A stretch of DNA of 64,000 nt. Origin: Macrostomum lignano (taxonomy: Eukaryota). Shown piece after piece: positions 52,069 through 62,390 of the stretch; the first letter of the stretch is position 1, and each line of letters starts with the position of its first letter. A model generated the notes under the pieces. The model ran no database searches. It saw only the letters and a list, made by a program, of their open reading frames with translations, and was not told the origin of the DNA. The position numbers and the translations under genes were made by a program. The stretch lies in the NCBI GenBank assembly GCA_002269645.1, contig NIVC01000413.1, positions 310,001-374,000 of the forward strand, written 5' to 3'.

Positions 52069-53609
52069 CATGTACATGTTTTTACTACAGCTAGGATATT
52101 GTAACACGGCGAGTTGTTTGTAGTTTTTTACATAACAGGGCGGGGGTTTCAAACTCCAACTTTCACTACACGGCCAAACTTGATAGCAAACGCACCTAAG
52201 CGACTTGCGACTTTGTGAGGTACGCACTACGCACCCCACACGCACGGTGTAGCTAAAATCTGCACAGCTGAGCAGCTCCTACATAGTACATGGAACAAAC
52301 CACCTTACTTTCCTTTACTTATTAAGCGAATACAGATACAAAACGTATATTGTGTCAACAGTAAGTCAAGCGAAATTCCCTGCCGGTCAAATCCAAATTA
52401 AAGTCGGAAACCCAAATTTAAAAGTTATCGATATTTGTATTTTATATATAGACTTGAAAGAATTTATGATTCACATTTCCAGTATTGGAGAGGAGGCTAA
52501 CACGCTTCAAAGTATCAATAGCTTGGAGTTGTATTTCAATTTCGTAATGTATTTGAAATACCTGCTATGGTAGAGACACTGTTTATGAGAAAACAGCACT
52601 ACTCGATCTTGTCATATGGAGTATAGTGAGTGCTGTAGAGTTTTCATGTGAAATTTCAACTTTATAAAGTACCTTGCTAGCGTTTTCGATGCTTTGAAAT
52701 TTCGACCTTGTGAAAGTGGCTGCTATTTGAGTTTCGATGTTGTGAAATTTCGACCTTGGGAAATTTCGACGTGTAAAAGTGGCTGCTATTTGAGTTTCGA
52801 TGTTATGAAATTTCGACCTTGGGAAATTTCGACGTGTAAAAGTGGCTGCTATTTGAGTTTCGATGTTATGAAATTTCGACCTTGGGAAATTTCGACGTGT
52901 AAAAGTGGCTGCGATTTGAGTTTCGATGTTATGAAATTTCGACCTTGGGAAATTTCGACGTGTAAAAGTGGCTGCGATTTGAGTTTCGATGTTGTGAAAT
53001 TTCGACCTTGGGAAATTTCGACGTGTAAAAGTGGCTGCTATTTGAGTTTCGATGTTGTAAAATTTTGACCTTGGGAAATTTCGACCTTGTGAAAGTGGCT
53101 GCTATTTGAGTTTCGATGTTATGAAATTTCGACCTTATGAAAGTGGCTGCTTTTCGAGTTTTCGATGTTGTGAAATTTCGACCTTGTGAAACTTCGACCT
53201 TCTGAAAGTGGCTGCTATTTGAGTTTTCGATGTTGTGAAATTTCGACCTTGTGAAACTTCGACCTTCTGAAAGTGGCTGCTATTTGAGTTTTCGATGTTG
53301 TGAAATTTCGACCTTGTGAAAGTGGCTGCTTTTTGAGTTTCGATGTTATGAAATTTCGACGTGTGAAAGTGGCTGCTATTTGAGTTTCGATGTTATGAAA
53401 TTTCGACGTGTGAAAGTGGCTGCTATTTGAGTTTCGATGTTATGAAATTTCGACCTTGTGAAAGTGGCTGCTATTTGAGTTTCGATGTTATGAAATTTCG
53501 ACCTTATGAAAGTGGCTGCGCTTTTCGAGTTTTCGATGTTATGAAATTTCGACCTTGAAATTTCGCTTTTCGAGTTTTCGATGTTGTGAAATTTCGACCT
53601 TTGTGAAAT
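52069..53609 (-). repeat. Right TIR of the giant element
   Basis: Reverse complement of 12251-13835, with one extra 63-bp unit (124-aa versus 103-aa periodic ORF). Confidence 0.9.
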
Positions 53610-53754
53610 GAAAGACCATGATTTCGAATACACACATTTTTTTGTCTGGATCTCCAAAAATATTCAACCAATTGCCATGAAAATCCAGAACACGGGCTAA
53701 AAGTTTTCGCTCTATTTGATGACAACTTCGAGAATCACGAAAAATCGGTATCGT

Positions 53755-54750
53755 CGAGATATTCAACGATTCTCCTCGGGGTGTCTAGTGGAAAAAACCA
53801 CCAACATTGGCAAAATTTTTCTGCTCACAAAATCTCATCATGAAACCACGTCGGCTCGACAAACTATGCATATCAGTCGTAGAGGCCTTTGTTCTCAGCA
53901 TCACAGGCACCAGGGTTCCCTTCGTCACCATCTGGACATCGGCGGCGACCGTCGGGACCTTCAATAAAAGCACCCGATTGGCATCTTAGAGATGGTTGCG
54001 TTCCCAAAACTGAAATGGAAGAATCCTCTTCTGCATGCAGCATTCAGTCAGTAGACACAATCGGTGAATGAAATGGACGATGGTGACCCTCTAGACTGAT
54101 CTGTAGACATACAGGCGACCAGAGTTTTGTCGACACAGAGGTACGGCCCGGAAAGAACAGGATGGCGCAGCTGACTGACAAAGGTGTCCCACAAGCGTCG
54201 GATGTCGTAGAGCTTGTCCGTTGCGGCAGTCCGCTGATGATGTTCGGCAGTTTCGAATTTAACATGGTGCAAAAGCATTGCATAATACGCAGACATGCCT
54301 GGTTTGGTGCCTTGATAGAAAAAGCATGATGTTGGTGGTGTCAGCTCGTCGGGGCCGCGTGGTGGCTCTCCGTTGAAGGTCCCAAAGGTCGCCTGTATGT
54401 CTACAGATCAGTCTAGAGGGTCACCATCGTCCATTTCATTCACCGATTGTGTCTACTGACTGAAGGCTGCATGCAGAAGAGGATTCTTCCATTTCAGTTT
54501 TGGGAACGCAACCATCTCTGAGATGCCAATCGGGTGCTTTTCTTGAAGGTCCCGACGGTCGCCGCCGATGCCCCAGATGGTGATGAAGGGAACTCTGGTG
54601 CCTGTGATGCTGAGAACAAAGGCCTCTACGACAGATGGACCCAGATTATTGAGCCAATATGGATTCACCATTCACCATTAAGGTTTATACAGTGTAGTGT
54701 TGGTTGTCCTAGCCACCAGTGTCTTCGACAAGAATCGTTGAATATCTTGA
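53755..54750. repeat. Long inverted repeat: arms ~53872-54120 and 54387-54636 highly similar, with a degenerate outward extension
   Basis: CTAGACTGATCTGTAGACATACAGGCGACC versus GGTCGCCTGTATGTCTACAGATCAGTCTAG; AGATATTCAACGATTCT (53757) versus AGAATCGTTGAATATCT (~54731). Confidence 0.85.
54113..54310 (-). pseudogene. piggyBac transposase fragment (DDE_Tnp_1_7-like)
   Basis: MLLHHVKFE...TDKLYDIRRLWDTFVSQL...GPYLCVDKTLVA matches the piggyBac DKL..IR..WD.F....L...Y..G.YLTVDEQLV block. Confidence 0.75.
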
Positions 54751-54949
54751 ACATCTGACGTCGGATGACTTTGAAAGTTAGTTCGTCGGAAAGGGCGGAA
54801 AATTTTGATTCATATGGTGGACTTTTAAGAAAATCGGTAATTCGGTTTGCGAGCTATCGTGAAATGGGTCGTGTGTATTTGTACTATACGACGTGGTCTT
54901 TCTCCATGGGGAAAATTAGTGTGGTCTTTCTACTGCTAAATAATTACAG

Positions 54950-56215
54950 AGATCCAGGCGCTGCGACAGGTCCGTGCGTGAATGTGAAGGTGAATTCTTC
55001 GGACAGAGCGGTGATCGAATCAAGAAGCTGTAGCAGCCAGCTTCCATTTCTTGTAAAGTTTCCTGAGAGAGGAGGCACTGCGGGACCCTATGCAGACAGC
55101 TGTAGCGCTAAGACGATCATTTGGAAAGTCCTGGAAGCACCGCGACAGAAATGGACGACTAAAGTGCCGATAAATTCTATCGAATCGAGCGGCAGGATGT
55201 TATTATCAGAAAAAGTACAATCAAAACCAGGCCAGGCCTCAACTGAAGCACCAGCAAGTAACTTGGCTATCATTTATCGAGTTTCCTTCACGATTCCGGT
55301 GGTCATTGTTATAGTCATTTTGATAATTATTGTCTACAAAAGATTTTACTGCTTATCAAATAGTTCTGAGCAGTCTGTTGGGAAAGGAAACGCTGATACT
55401 GAAACACTGGATAATGTTTTAAAACCTTTATTTAAGCATCAACCTGGGATTTCAGGCGGCGTTTTAGAAGGTGATGCAAACAAGGTTTCAACTAGTACTT
55501 CAGAAAACTACTACCTCTTAAACGAGAGCTGCCCAGACGACCAGCGCAGTATGGCCCACGACTTCACTTTTAGTGGGCCAATTGATGCACCATTGAATGC
55601 GCTACGAAATTCGCCACCGATTGCAAGACTCGATGCACCACCTGATGCACCTTTTGATGTGACACATCTAAATTGGACGGACGGATCAGATTCAGAGCAG
55701 CACTACACACGCGTCAGCTGGGATTCAAGCAGTTATTACAGTCCGCCACCGGACTCGATTCCTTATGGTGGTCTATCCATTGAACTACCGGAAGGACAGT
55801 TAGATTTTGCACCTCCCGTTGTATCGGCGCGTGCAGCACCCGATGTACCACCCAATGCATCACTTGATGCGCCACCCGATGCTCCACCTGATGCTCCACC
55901 CAATGCTCCACCCAAAGCTCCACCCAATGCTCTACCCGATGCTCCAGCCGATGCTCCAGCCGATGCTCCACCCGATGCTCCACCCGATGCTCCACTCGAT
56001 GGGCCACTCGATGCAACAGTGCATTCTGAAGACAGTCAGAGTCGGACTGCTCTGTCACGAGCGTGCGAAGCCGGTCACTTGCGAGTAGCGAAGGCTCTGA
56101 TAGACAGAGGAGCGGATGCGAGTAATCGAAACTGCCGGAGTCTGCCGTGTGCACAGGTGGCCCAGCGAGTTGAACAGCGGCAGGTGCTGCGGCTGCTGAA
56201 TCCCAGTGGAGCGGG
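54950..56215 (+). CDS. Receptor copy 2 exon 5: lectin-like end, TM helix, Pro/Asp (DAPP)n linker, one ankyrin repeat
   Basis: AATTACAG acceptor homologous to 1345. Uninterrupted frame. TM FTIPVVIVIVILIIIVY followed by KR. RTALSRACEAGHLRVAKALIDRGAD is an ankyrin consensus. Donor GG|GTGAGT. Confidence 0.85.
55850..56020 (+). repeat. Coding 12-bp minisatellite GATGCTCCACCC (DAPP repeats)
   Basis: Visible tandem units within the exon. Confidence 0.9.
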
Positions 56216-56422
56216 GTGAGTGAGGCGGGAAATGAAAATGTTATGCTTCTGTTCTGTGTTAACCGTTGAAAGTGGAATTTTTTTGCAAAATGCCCTTCGA
56301 AACTCAGAAGGGCTGAGATTGGGTTTGACTGAGTGCTGCAGCAGCTGCACTCTCAGCTCTCCTGCTTGTTCTGTCCATCCAACCCTGAGCAAATCACACA
56401 CACACATCTTGGATCATTCCAG

Positions 56423-56793
56423 GCTCTCAGACGACTCCCAGCAAGACAGGCGTCTGAGCGAGAAGCTGCATAGACTGCTCACTAAGGCAGGATTCACCGA
56501 GCAGAGAGCAAAGTGTCAGCAGAGACTGGCTGGCTGGCTTCAAGAAGTCGCTCAAGTCCTCACACAGGATGGCAGGCAGATGACAGGCAGCTACGCAGAG
56601 GGCTGGGCCAACACCAACAGTCTGGTGCAAGTGAACGGCAGGACAGCTGCAGACTTGGACATTGACTGGACTGTGCTGGCTGCTGGGCAAGAGCTCCATC
56701 TGGAAGGTAGCTTCAACAGAGATTGGCAGCAATGCAGAGACGCCACTCGGTTGCAGGTCAAAGAGGGTCACGCACAGGTGGCAGTGGGAGCAG
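56423..56793 (+). CDS. Exon 6: Mab-21/cGAS-like nucleotidyltransferase N-lobe
   Basis: TTCCAG acceptor in phase 2, matching the exon 5 donor. MTGSYAEGWA...ADLDIDW fits the hG[GS]...DhD nucleotidyltransferase signature. Donor G|GTGAGT in phase 1. Confidence 0.85.
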
Positions 56794-57699
56794 GTGAGTA
56801 AGGCTGGGTTCAACAGAATGCTGAGATCAGCATGCAACTGGAAGCCCATTAACCTTGCTCAGTTTTACATTCGCTACCGAGTGGCGCCCAGCCTCCAGCA
56901 GCTTCTGACTGCGAATGTCGGTTTCGGTGATGGAACAACTGGCAGGTAAAATAAAAGCGAAAACTCTGATGACAACTGGCTGAGCCGGGCCATTGGTTTG
57001 TTTAAATTCACAGGCTCCCATTGTAGCAGAGTGGTTGCAGCGGTGATTGGGTGATTGACGGTAGGCGGCATGGCTCTGCTGAAGTGTCGCTGCTCTCACT
57101 TGGAAAATTTCCAACAAAATAAACCGAAGCCGCCCTGACTGCCTGATTGGTGCCTTGCTGCGGGGCACTGGGTCCACGGGGCACCGGGTACTGGAAAGTG
57201 TGTAAATAAGCGTTACTTCTTGAGTGTAAAGTTAAATGTTTTTGAGCCTTCAGCTTATCATACTTTTCAGTAAAAATATTTCATGACAATCTTCGAGGCT
57301 TTTTAGGCATACATAATATTATTATATGTATACCACATAAAAATAATTTATTACACATGCTCCAATTGAGCCAGATGTGCAACCTGTGAGCCATTGATTT
57401 TCTCTAGCTCATGTAAAAGTTCAAAGCATGATTTAGCAGTGCACGAAAATCCCAAAAACCGCATTAGGGCGAAGCGATGTTACATGTATTTATTTATTGT
57501 TTGTCGACCCAGACCGAATTGCATAGGGTGGTGGCAGCAACTGTACATTTGCCTACTTACGAGTACAGATAAGGGAAAGAGAGTTGGAGAGATCCGGAGA
57601 GAGAACTGGCTGATGCGTGGAGCCGGAAAAATGGGGCAAGGCGCTCTAGAGAAAATCAGTGGCTCACATCTCTCCTCAACGCAGAAAAGAAAATAATTT

Positions 57700-59450
57700 C
57701 TGGGAAACTCCATGCTTGCATTCGAAAACACGGGGATACTCAAACGCTTGGCGCAGCGGCGAGGAGACGGCACTTCAAGACCAGTGGCCTATGCCAGTCG
57801 GACGCTCTCCGATTTTGAGTCCAGAAACTCCCAGACCGAAAAGTGACATTGGCAGTGAAATTCGGATGTCTCCGATTCCAATTCTACCTGCACGGCGCCC
57901 CCGATTCGATGTGATCACGGACCACAGGCCGTTGGTCAACATGCTGGCGCCAGGGTCGAGGCCGCCTCCTAGAGTCGAGCGAATGGCTCTGCAGATTCAG
58001 CACATGACTTTCAAGTTGGTGTACCGCCCAGGGCCTCAGAACGCAGCGGGCATCCTCAGCCGACAACCGCTAGCGATGTCCGGGCGCAGCAAAGACGCAC
58101 AGCAGGACTCCGCCTGCATCGGTGCCGTACTGCAGGCCGCGGTGCCGAAAGCGCTCACTGTAGAGGACATCAGGCGACACTCGCAGGCTGACCCGCTGAT
58201 CAGAGCCGCAATCGCCGCCATCCAGGGAGCCAGGTGGGACCTCGGCCACCCGGAGCTGAGGGCACTGTATGCACTACAAGACGAGCTTGCTGAGGAGGAC
58301 GGGGTGCTGCTTCGGCGGGACAGGATTGTGGTGCCAAGCAGCCTCCGGGAGACAATAGACCATATGAATAAAATGAGCAACTGCTCCAACAGAAGCATTG
58401 ACTCGGGCCTGTATGAATAAACTAAGAAATTGCTCATGAGATTTTTCTCAAGAGAATTTGCTCTGATTTTTATTCATACGGGCAAATGTTGCGCCTCGCA
58501 CATGCCGGCCACCTGGGACTGCGGAAGACGCTGGCCAGGCTGAGCAGCAAAGTCTGGTGGCCAAAGATGAGCGCAGATGCGGACAAGGCCGTCAGCAGTT
58601 GCCGCAGCTGCATCATGGCGTCACATAAGCCGACAGTCAGCGCGACGCCACTGCAGCCGTCCAGCATCCCCAAGGGCGCCTGGTTGTCGATCGGCGCCGA
58701 CTTCCTCGGTCCGATACAGAACAAGATGCTGCTCGTCTGCGTGGATCACTACTCTCGGTATCCCGAAGTGCAAGTCATGCAGTCTACTTCAGTGGAGGCA
58801 GTCATCCCGAAGCTGCGGGAATCATTCTGCAGGTTCGGCATCCCGGAGGAGCTCGTTACGGACAATGGGCCTCCATTCTCGTCGGCGCAGTTCAAGGACT
58901 TCCTCAGGAGCTTCGGAATTCACTCCAACACTCCGCTCTACCCAGCGGCCAACGGCATGACGGAGCGCCTGAACAGATCGATCAACAAGGTCGTCCGCGC
59001 CGCAATCGCGGAGAACAGAAACTGGCGCGAGGCTTTGGACGAGTGGATTCTGGCGTACCAGACGGCGCCACACGCCACAACCGGGCGCGCCCCCGCAGAG
59101 CTGCTGATGGGCCGCGCTATGGGAAACGGCGTCCCCGGCCGGCGGCCTCCAGCGCGGGTGCACATCAACGACAAGGAGCTGCGGGAGCATGACCGCAAGC
59201 AGAAGCTGACAATGAAGCGGCACGCCGACGCTGCTCGGAGACCAAAAGAGCAAAACTACGCGGTCGGCGACCAGGTGCTGAGGAAACGCTTCAACCCGCT
59301 GAAGGGCCAAACCCCATTCGAGAGCGAGGCCTGGACCGTTACCAAAGTGGAAGGCAACTCGCTGCAGCTACAGCGCGGGCTGGTCACCTGCTGGCGGCAC
59401 TGCGCGGCCCTGAAGGCGCTGCCACCGGAGCCCGACCTGGTGGAGCCTGG
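57700..59450 (+). mobile_element. Ty3/Gypsy pol fragment (RNase H end plus integrase), disrupted
   Basis: FDVITDHRPL...VYRPG..NAAGILSR; HAGHLG...WWPKM...SCRSC zinc-binding motif; DFLGP, TDNGPPF and ERLNR integrase core. Confidence 0.9.
58360..58481. mobile_element. ~120-bp MITE-like insertion interrupting the Gypsy pol frame
   Basis: CCATATGAATAAAAT versus TTTTTATTCATACGG. It splits LRE/MLRLAH. Confidence 0.55.
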
Positions 59451-59454
59451 TACA

Positions 59455-59563
59455 GAGTTAAGTGTCTTGCTCAAGGACACAAATTGTTCCAGTGGGATCT
59501 CGAATCGAACCTTCGACCTTTAGGTCGTGAGTCCGGCGCTCTGACCGCTGGACTACAACCCCC
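59455..59563 (-). mobile_element. tRNA-derived SINE (head plus start of the conserved body)
   Basis: Minus strand GGGGTTGTAGTCCAGCGG (A box)...GGTTCGATTC (B box), followed by GTGTCCTTGAGCAAGACACTTAAC. Confidence 0.75.
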
Positions 59564-59789
59564 TCAACAACTAGGCTAAGCCTACACATTACGTACAGAA
59601 TGCTATCATAGACAAAATTCCTGACTCAAAATAAATGACGCTTAGATACTCGCACTGCGAGCACTCCTCCATGTTAGCCCGAATCTCAATGATGACGTGC
59701 AGGTAACTGCTAACACGAAACCCATGTAGGGAATTGATTGATTGAAATAATTTATCGGGTTAGGTTCGCCAGTTTCTCGATAAGTAGCT

Positions 59790-60400
59790 TTTTGATTATC
59801 TCAGCTCCTTGTTGCGGAGTCCGGAAATGAAATGGTCTCTCAGGCGGACGTCAAGATCCGTGAAGCTACAATGCTTAGCCGCTTGGCGCAGTCTTCTGCA
59901 ACCACGTTCTTCACCCTCTTCTCGCTTCATGTGGTGGAAGGCGTAGTGTTGCGTGATTTCGAACTTGGCTGCTTTGCGTCTCAGCTGAAACAGATTCTTC
60001 AGCTGAGAGTAGCTTTTCTGTTCTGGCTTCTCAGATAGCGCGGCGTCTGGCATAAATGCAATGCCTTATCCCAAGATTGGCTATCGGTGCAAGCTTCAGG
60101 ACGTCGTCGTCCCATTTCTGGACCTTTGCTGTGCCTTCAAAACGCTGGAACCAGCACCAATTTCGTCAGGCACATCCGTTTCGAGGGGCTCGATAAAACC
60201 AGTCGTGGTTGCCAGTGTTACTTCTTAGGGTCAAGCAATATTTTAGAGCCTTTAGCTTATCAAATTTTTCAGGTAAATTTATTTTGTGATATTCGTTGAG
60301 ACTCTTTTAGCCTATGCATTGTAGCACACAGCATGTGGTCGCACTTCTAACAATAAAATGTGCCTTTTTTCAAGTATTTAAAATGTGTATTAGTCAAATA
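59790..60400 (-). mobile_element. Gypsy 5' fragment in the opposite orientation: LTR end, PBS-like site, degenerate gag
   Basis: Minus strand GTAACA-CTGGCAACCACG; RLRQAAKHCSFTDLDVRLRDHFISGLRNKELR is a gag-like motif. Confidence 0.65.
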
Positions 60401-60498
60401 CTCGAAACTCCCAACCAACCAGTAGAAAATTTCAGTTTCAAACCAACCCATCATTTTTCACTCGTCACAAAGAGACTATTCGCTCACTCCACCCTCAG

Positions 60499-61991
60499 GC
60501 AGCCAACCTGCAGTGACAGCGACGATGTGCGGTGTGAGGTCTGCACAGGACACGTGTCATGCGATCGATTGCTGCAGCAGTTTCTGTAAGGACAGAGTTG
60601 GAAAACTACTTCCATCTAGTGGTTTTGTTCACCTCGTGCGGGCGACCAGACCGAGCTCGACCAACAAGCTCAGAGTGAGCTTCAGCTTCCAAGAAAAAGA
60701 CATCATGAGACAGCTGAGCACAGTCCAGGGCCAGCTGTTCACACTTATCAAGTTTATCTTCAAGAGACACTTGCCGCTCAATCTGGACACACCTGGACTC
60801 AAGACCTACCATGCAAAGACTCTGCTCTTCACAATGCTCGAGAAGCATGGCACAGATTCTGAAACTGAGGCTTGGCAACCGCGCAATTTGATCGCTCTTC
60901 TGAAAGAGTCTCTCGACATGATGCTGAGCTTCATCGACTCAATCAGCTCACCCAATGAGTGCATGCCTCACTTCTTCATGCAAGACGCTCCGCTCTACTT
61001 CAAGAATGCTGGAATCGGCGGCGACTTCGACAACACGAAGGCGAGGCTCCGGGAAAGACTTTTTGAGCTGAGAACCGACATTGGTGGAGTGGTCGAGCAG
61101 CTAAGGAGACTCGTGAGACCTCTGCAGTCAGAGAAGTTCTACTTTTACCCATTCACTCTGCTGCCTCTGACAGCGCCGCCTGTTGTCACGGGGATTAGGG
61201 AAGGAAGAGCCTACCAAGAAATGTACTACAAGTTCGCAGACGTGTACAGTGTAGTGCATCAGTGTGTGAGCGAGCTGCAGTCGGAATCGAGCGATAAAGA
61301 CAACCTGATGAGGCAGCTCAGGCTTCTGCATGAGCAGCAGTGGTGCAAGTGCTCCGCCCTGTGCATGACTGCCATGGCGCATTTAAAGTTTGGAGACTCT
61401 GAGGAAGCTGAGAGACTCGCGATGGAGCTCCAGAGACATCAGGTTGAGTCAGGATTGAAGCCAAAAGATATTCGAGAAGAGAGTAGCTGGTACGGGAGTA
61501 GTAAGATAGAACTGCCAGTAGACTCAGACTGGGCGTGGAGGTTCTGCCTCCCCTGTGACTCTCCGCCTCGCTTCCCATTCCTTCCCGAGTTCACACAGAC
61601 TCTGTTCACAGCCAGACTGTCGCAGCCTCTCTCCTCCCACCTGTACGTGAACTTCCGCTGCCTGAGCTGGAGTCTCCAAGCTGAGCTGCTCCGCAATCGC
61701 GCACCTGCAATCGCATTCGATTATTGGATTGAACAGCTGCTTGAGGATCCGGACTTGGAGGAGCTGCTCACTCTGGCTAATTACAGCGACTGCCGCGAGC
61801 ATGTGGAGCTCAGCCTGCAGCAGATGGAGATGATCGAGAAAGAGAGACGCATCGCAATGGAGACGCAGGACAAGGAGAAGATCGGCTGGGTCAGGGAGAA
61901 GCTGGAGAGACTCGATGCAGCACCCGGAGTCCTCGAGCTCAAAGTCGAGTCGCAAAGTCGAGGTCGGAAAAGCAAGGCAGAGTCAGACTAA
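60499..61991 (+). CDS. Exon 7: Mab-21/cGAS-like C-lobe plus helical C-terminal region, stop TAA
   Basis: CCCTCAG acceptor in phase 1, matching the exon 6 donor. QDTCHAIDC (candidate third catalytic Asp); LRVSFSFQEKDIM; LKTYHAKTLLF; CMPHFF are Mab-21 family motifs. Uninterrupted frame of about 497 codons. Confidence 0.88.
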
Positions 61992-62390
61992 CTGCCTCGT
62001 GCGGTGCTCGATGCTGACAAAATTTTCATTTGTACTCGTATTAGCAAAGCACCTAATTGGCTACCCAACTTCTGTGCACAAAAACGTATGCACAACTCAC
62101 AGCGACATTTGTGGGTGACGCAGAGAAAATGTGCACTCACGAAGCTCCATTTTTCTTAGCCTCAACAATAATATTGCTAATAATAGTGCTGTGTACGGTT
62201 GACGAAAATGACTGAATCTATTTAAGCATCAAATAAAAATGCTTTTGTGTAAAGCTATAGCGACATAACATATACATGTATTTTAAAAATACGCTAAAAA
62301 ACATCAAACTACTCGTACTCTAGCAGTATTAATCCTCTGCATCAATCAAGTTTGAACTACGAGCGTGCACCCGTGGCGGCAGCTTTACTT

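Larger units (their letters stand above)
12251..53609. mobile_element. 41.4-kb Foldback/Mutator-like element with long modular TIRs and 8-bp TSD GAAAGACC
   Basis: Arms 12251-13835 and 52069-53609 are reverse complements: the ORF pairs 13330-13551/52352-52573 differ by 1 aa. GAAAGACC lies at 12243-12250 and 53610-53617. The right terminus lacks the GCACCCC expected from the left GGGGTGC. Confidence 0.8.
12237..54936. mobile_element. Outer TA-flanked TIR element (~1.33 kb when restored: 12237-12250 plus 53618-54936), split by the giant insertion
   Basis: CAGTAGAAAGACC at 12238-12250 is the exact reverse complement of GGTCTTTCTACTG at 54923-54935. TA lies at 12235-36 and 54937-38. Removing the element restores a 96-nt intron ending TAAATAATTACAG, versus TAAATAACTGCAG in copy 1. 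Confidence 0.75.

Noticed and set aside
54765-54949. N-terminal 62 codons of ORF 54765-56219 as the real protein start
   Set aside because: This is transposon and intron sequence. Homology to copy 1 begins at the acceptor at 54950.
56820-57110. Exon-like segments with GT/AG sites inside the Mab-21 intron
   Set aside because: They contain stops, show no recognisable family, and are not needed for the frame-consistent model.
59480-59563. Functional tRNA gene
   Set aside because: The 3' acceptor stem does not pair, and the head runs into a SINE-type body.
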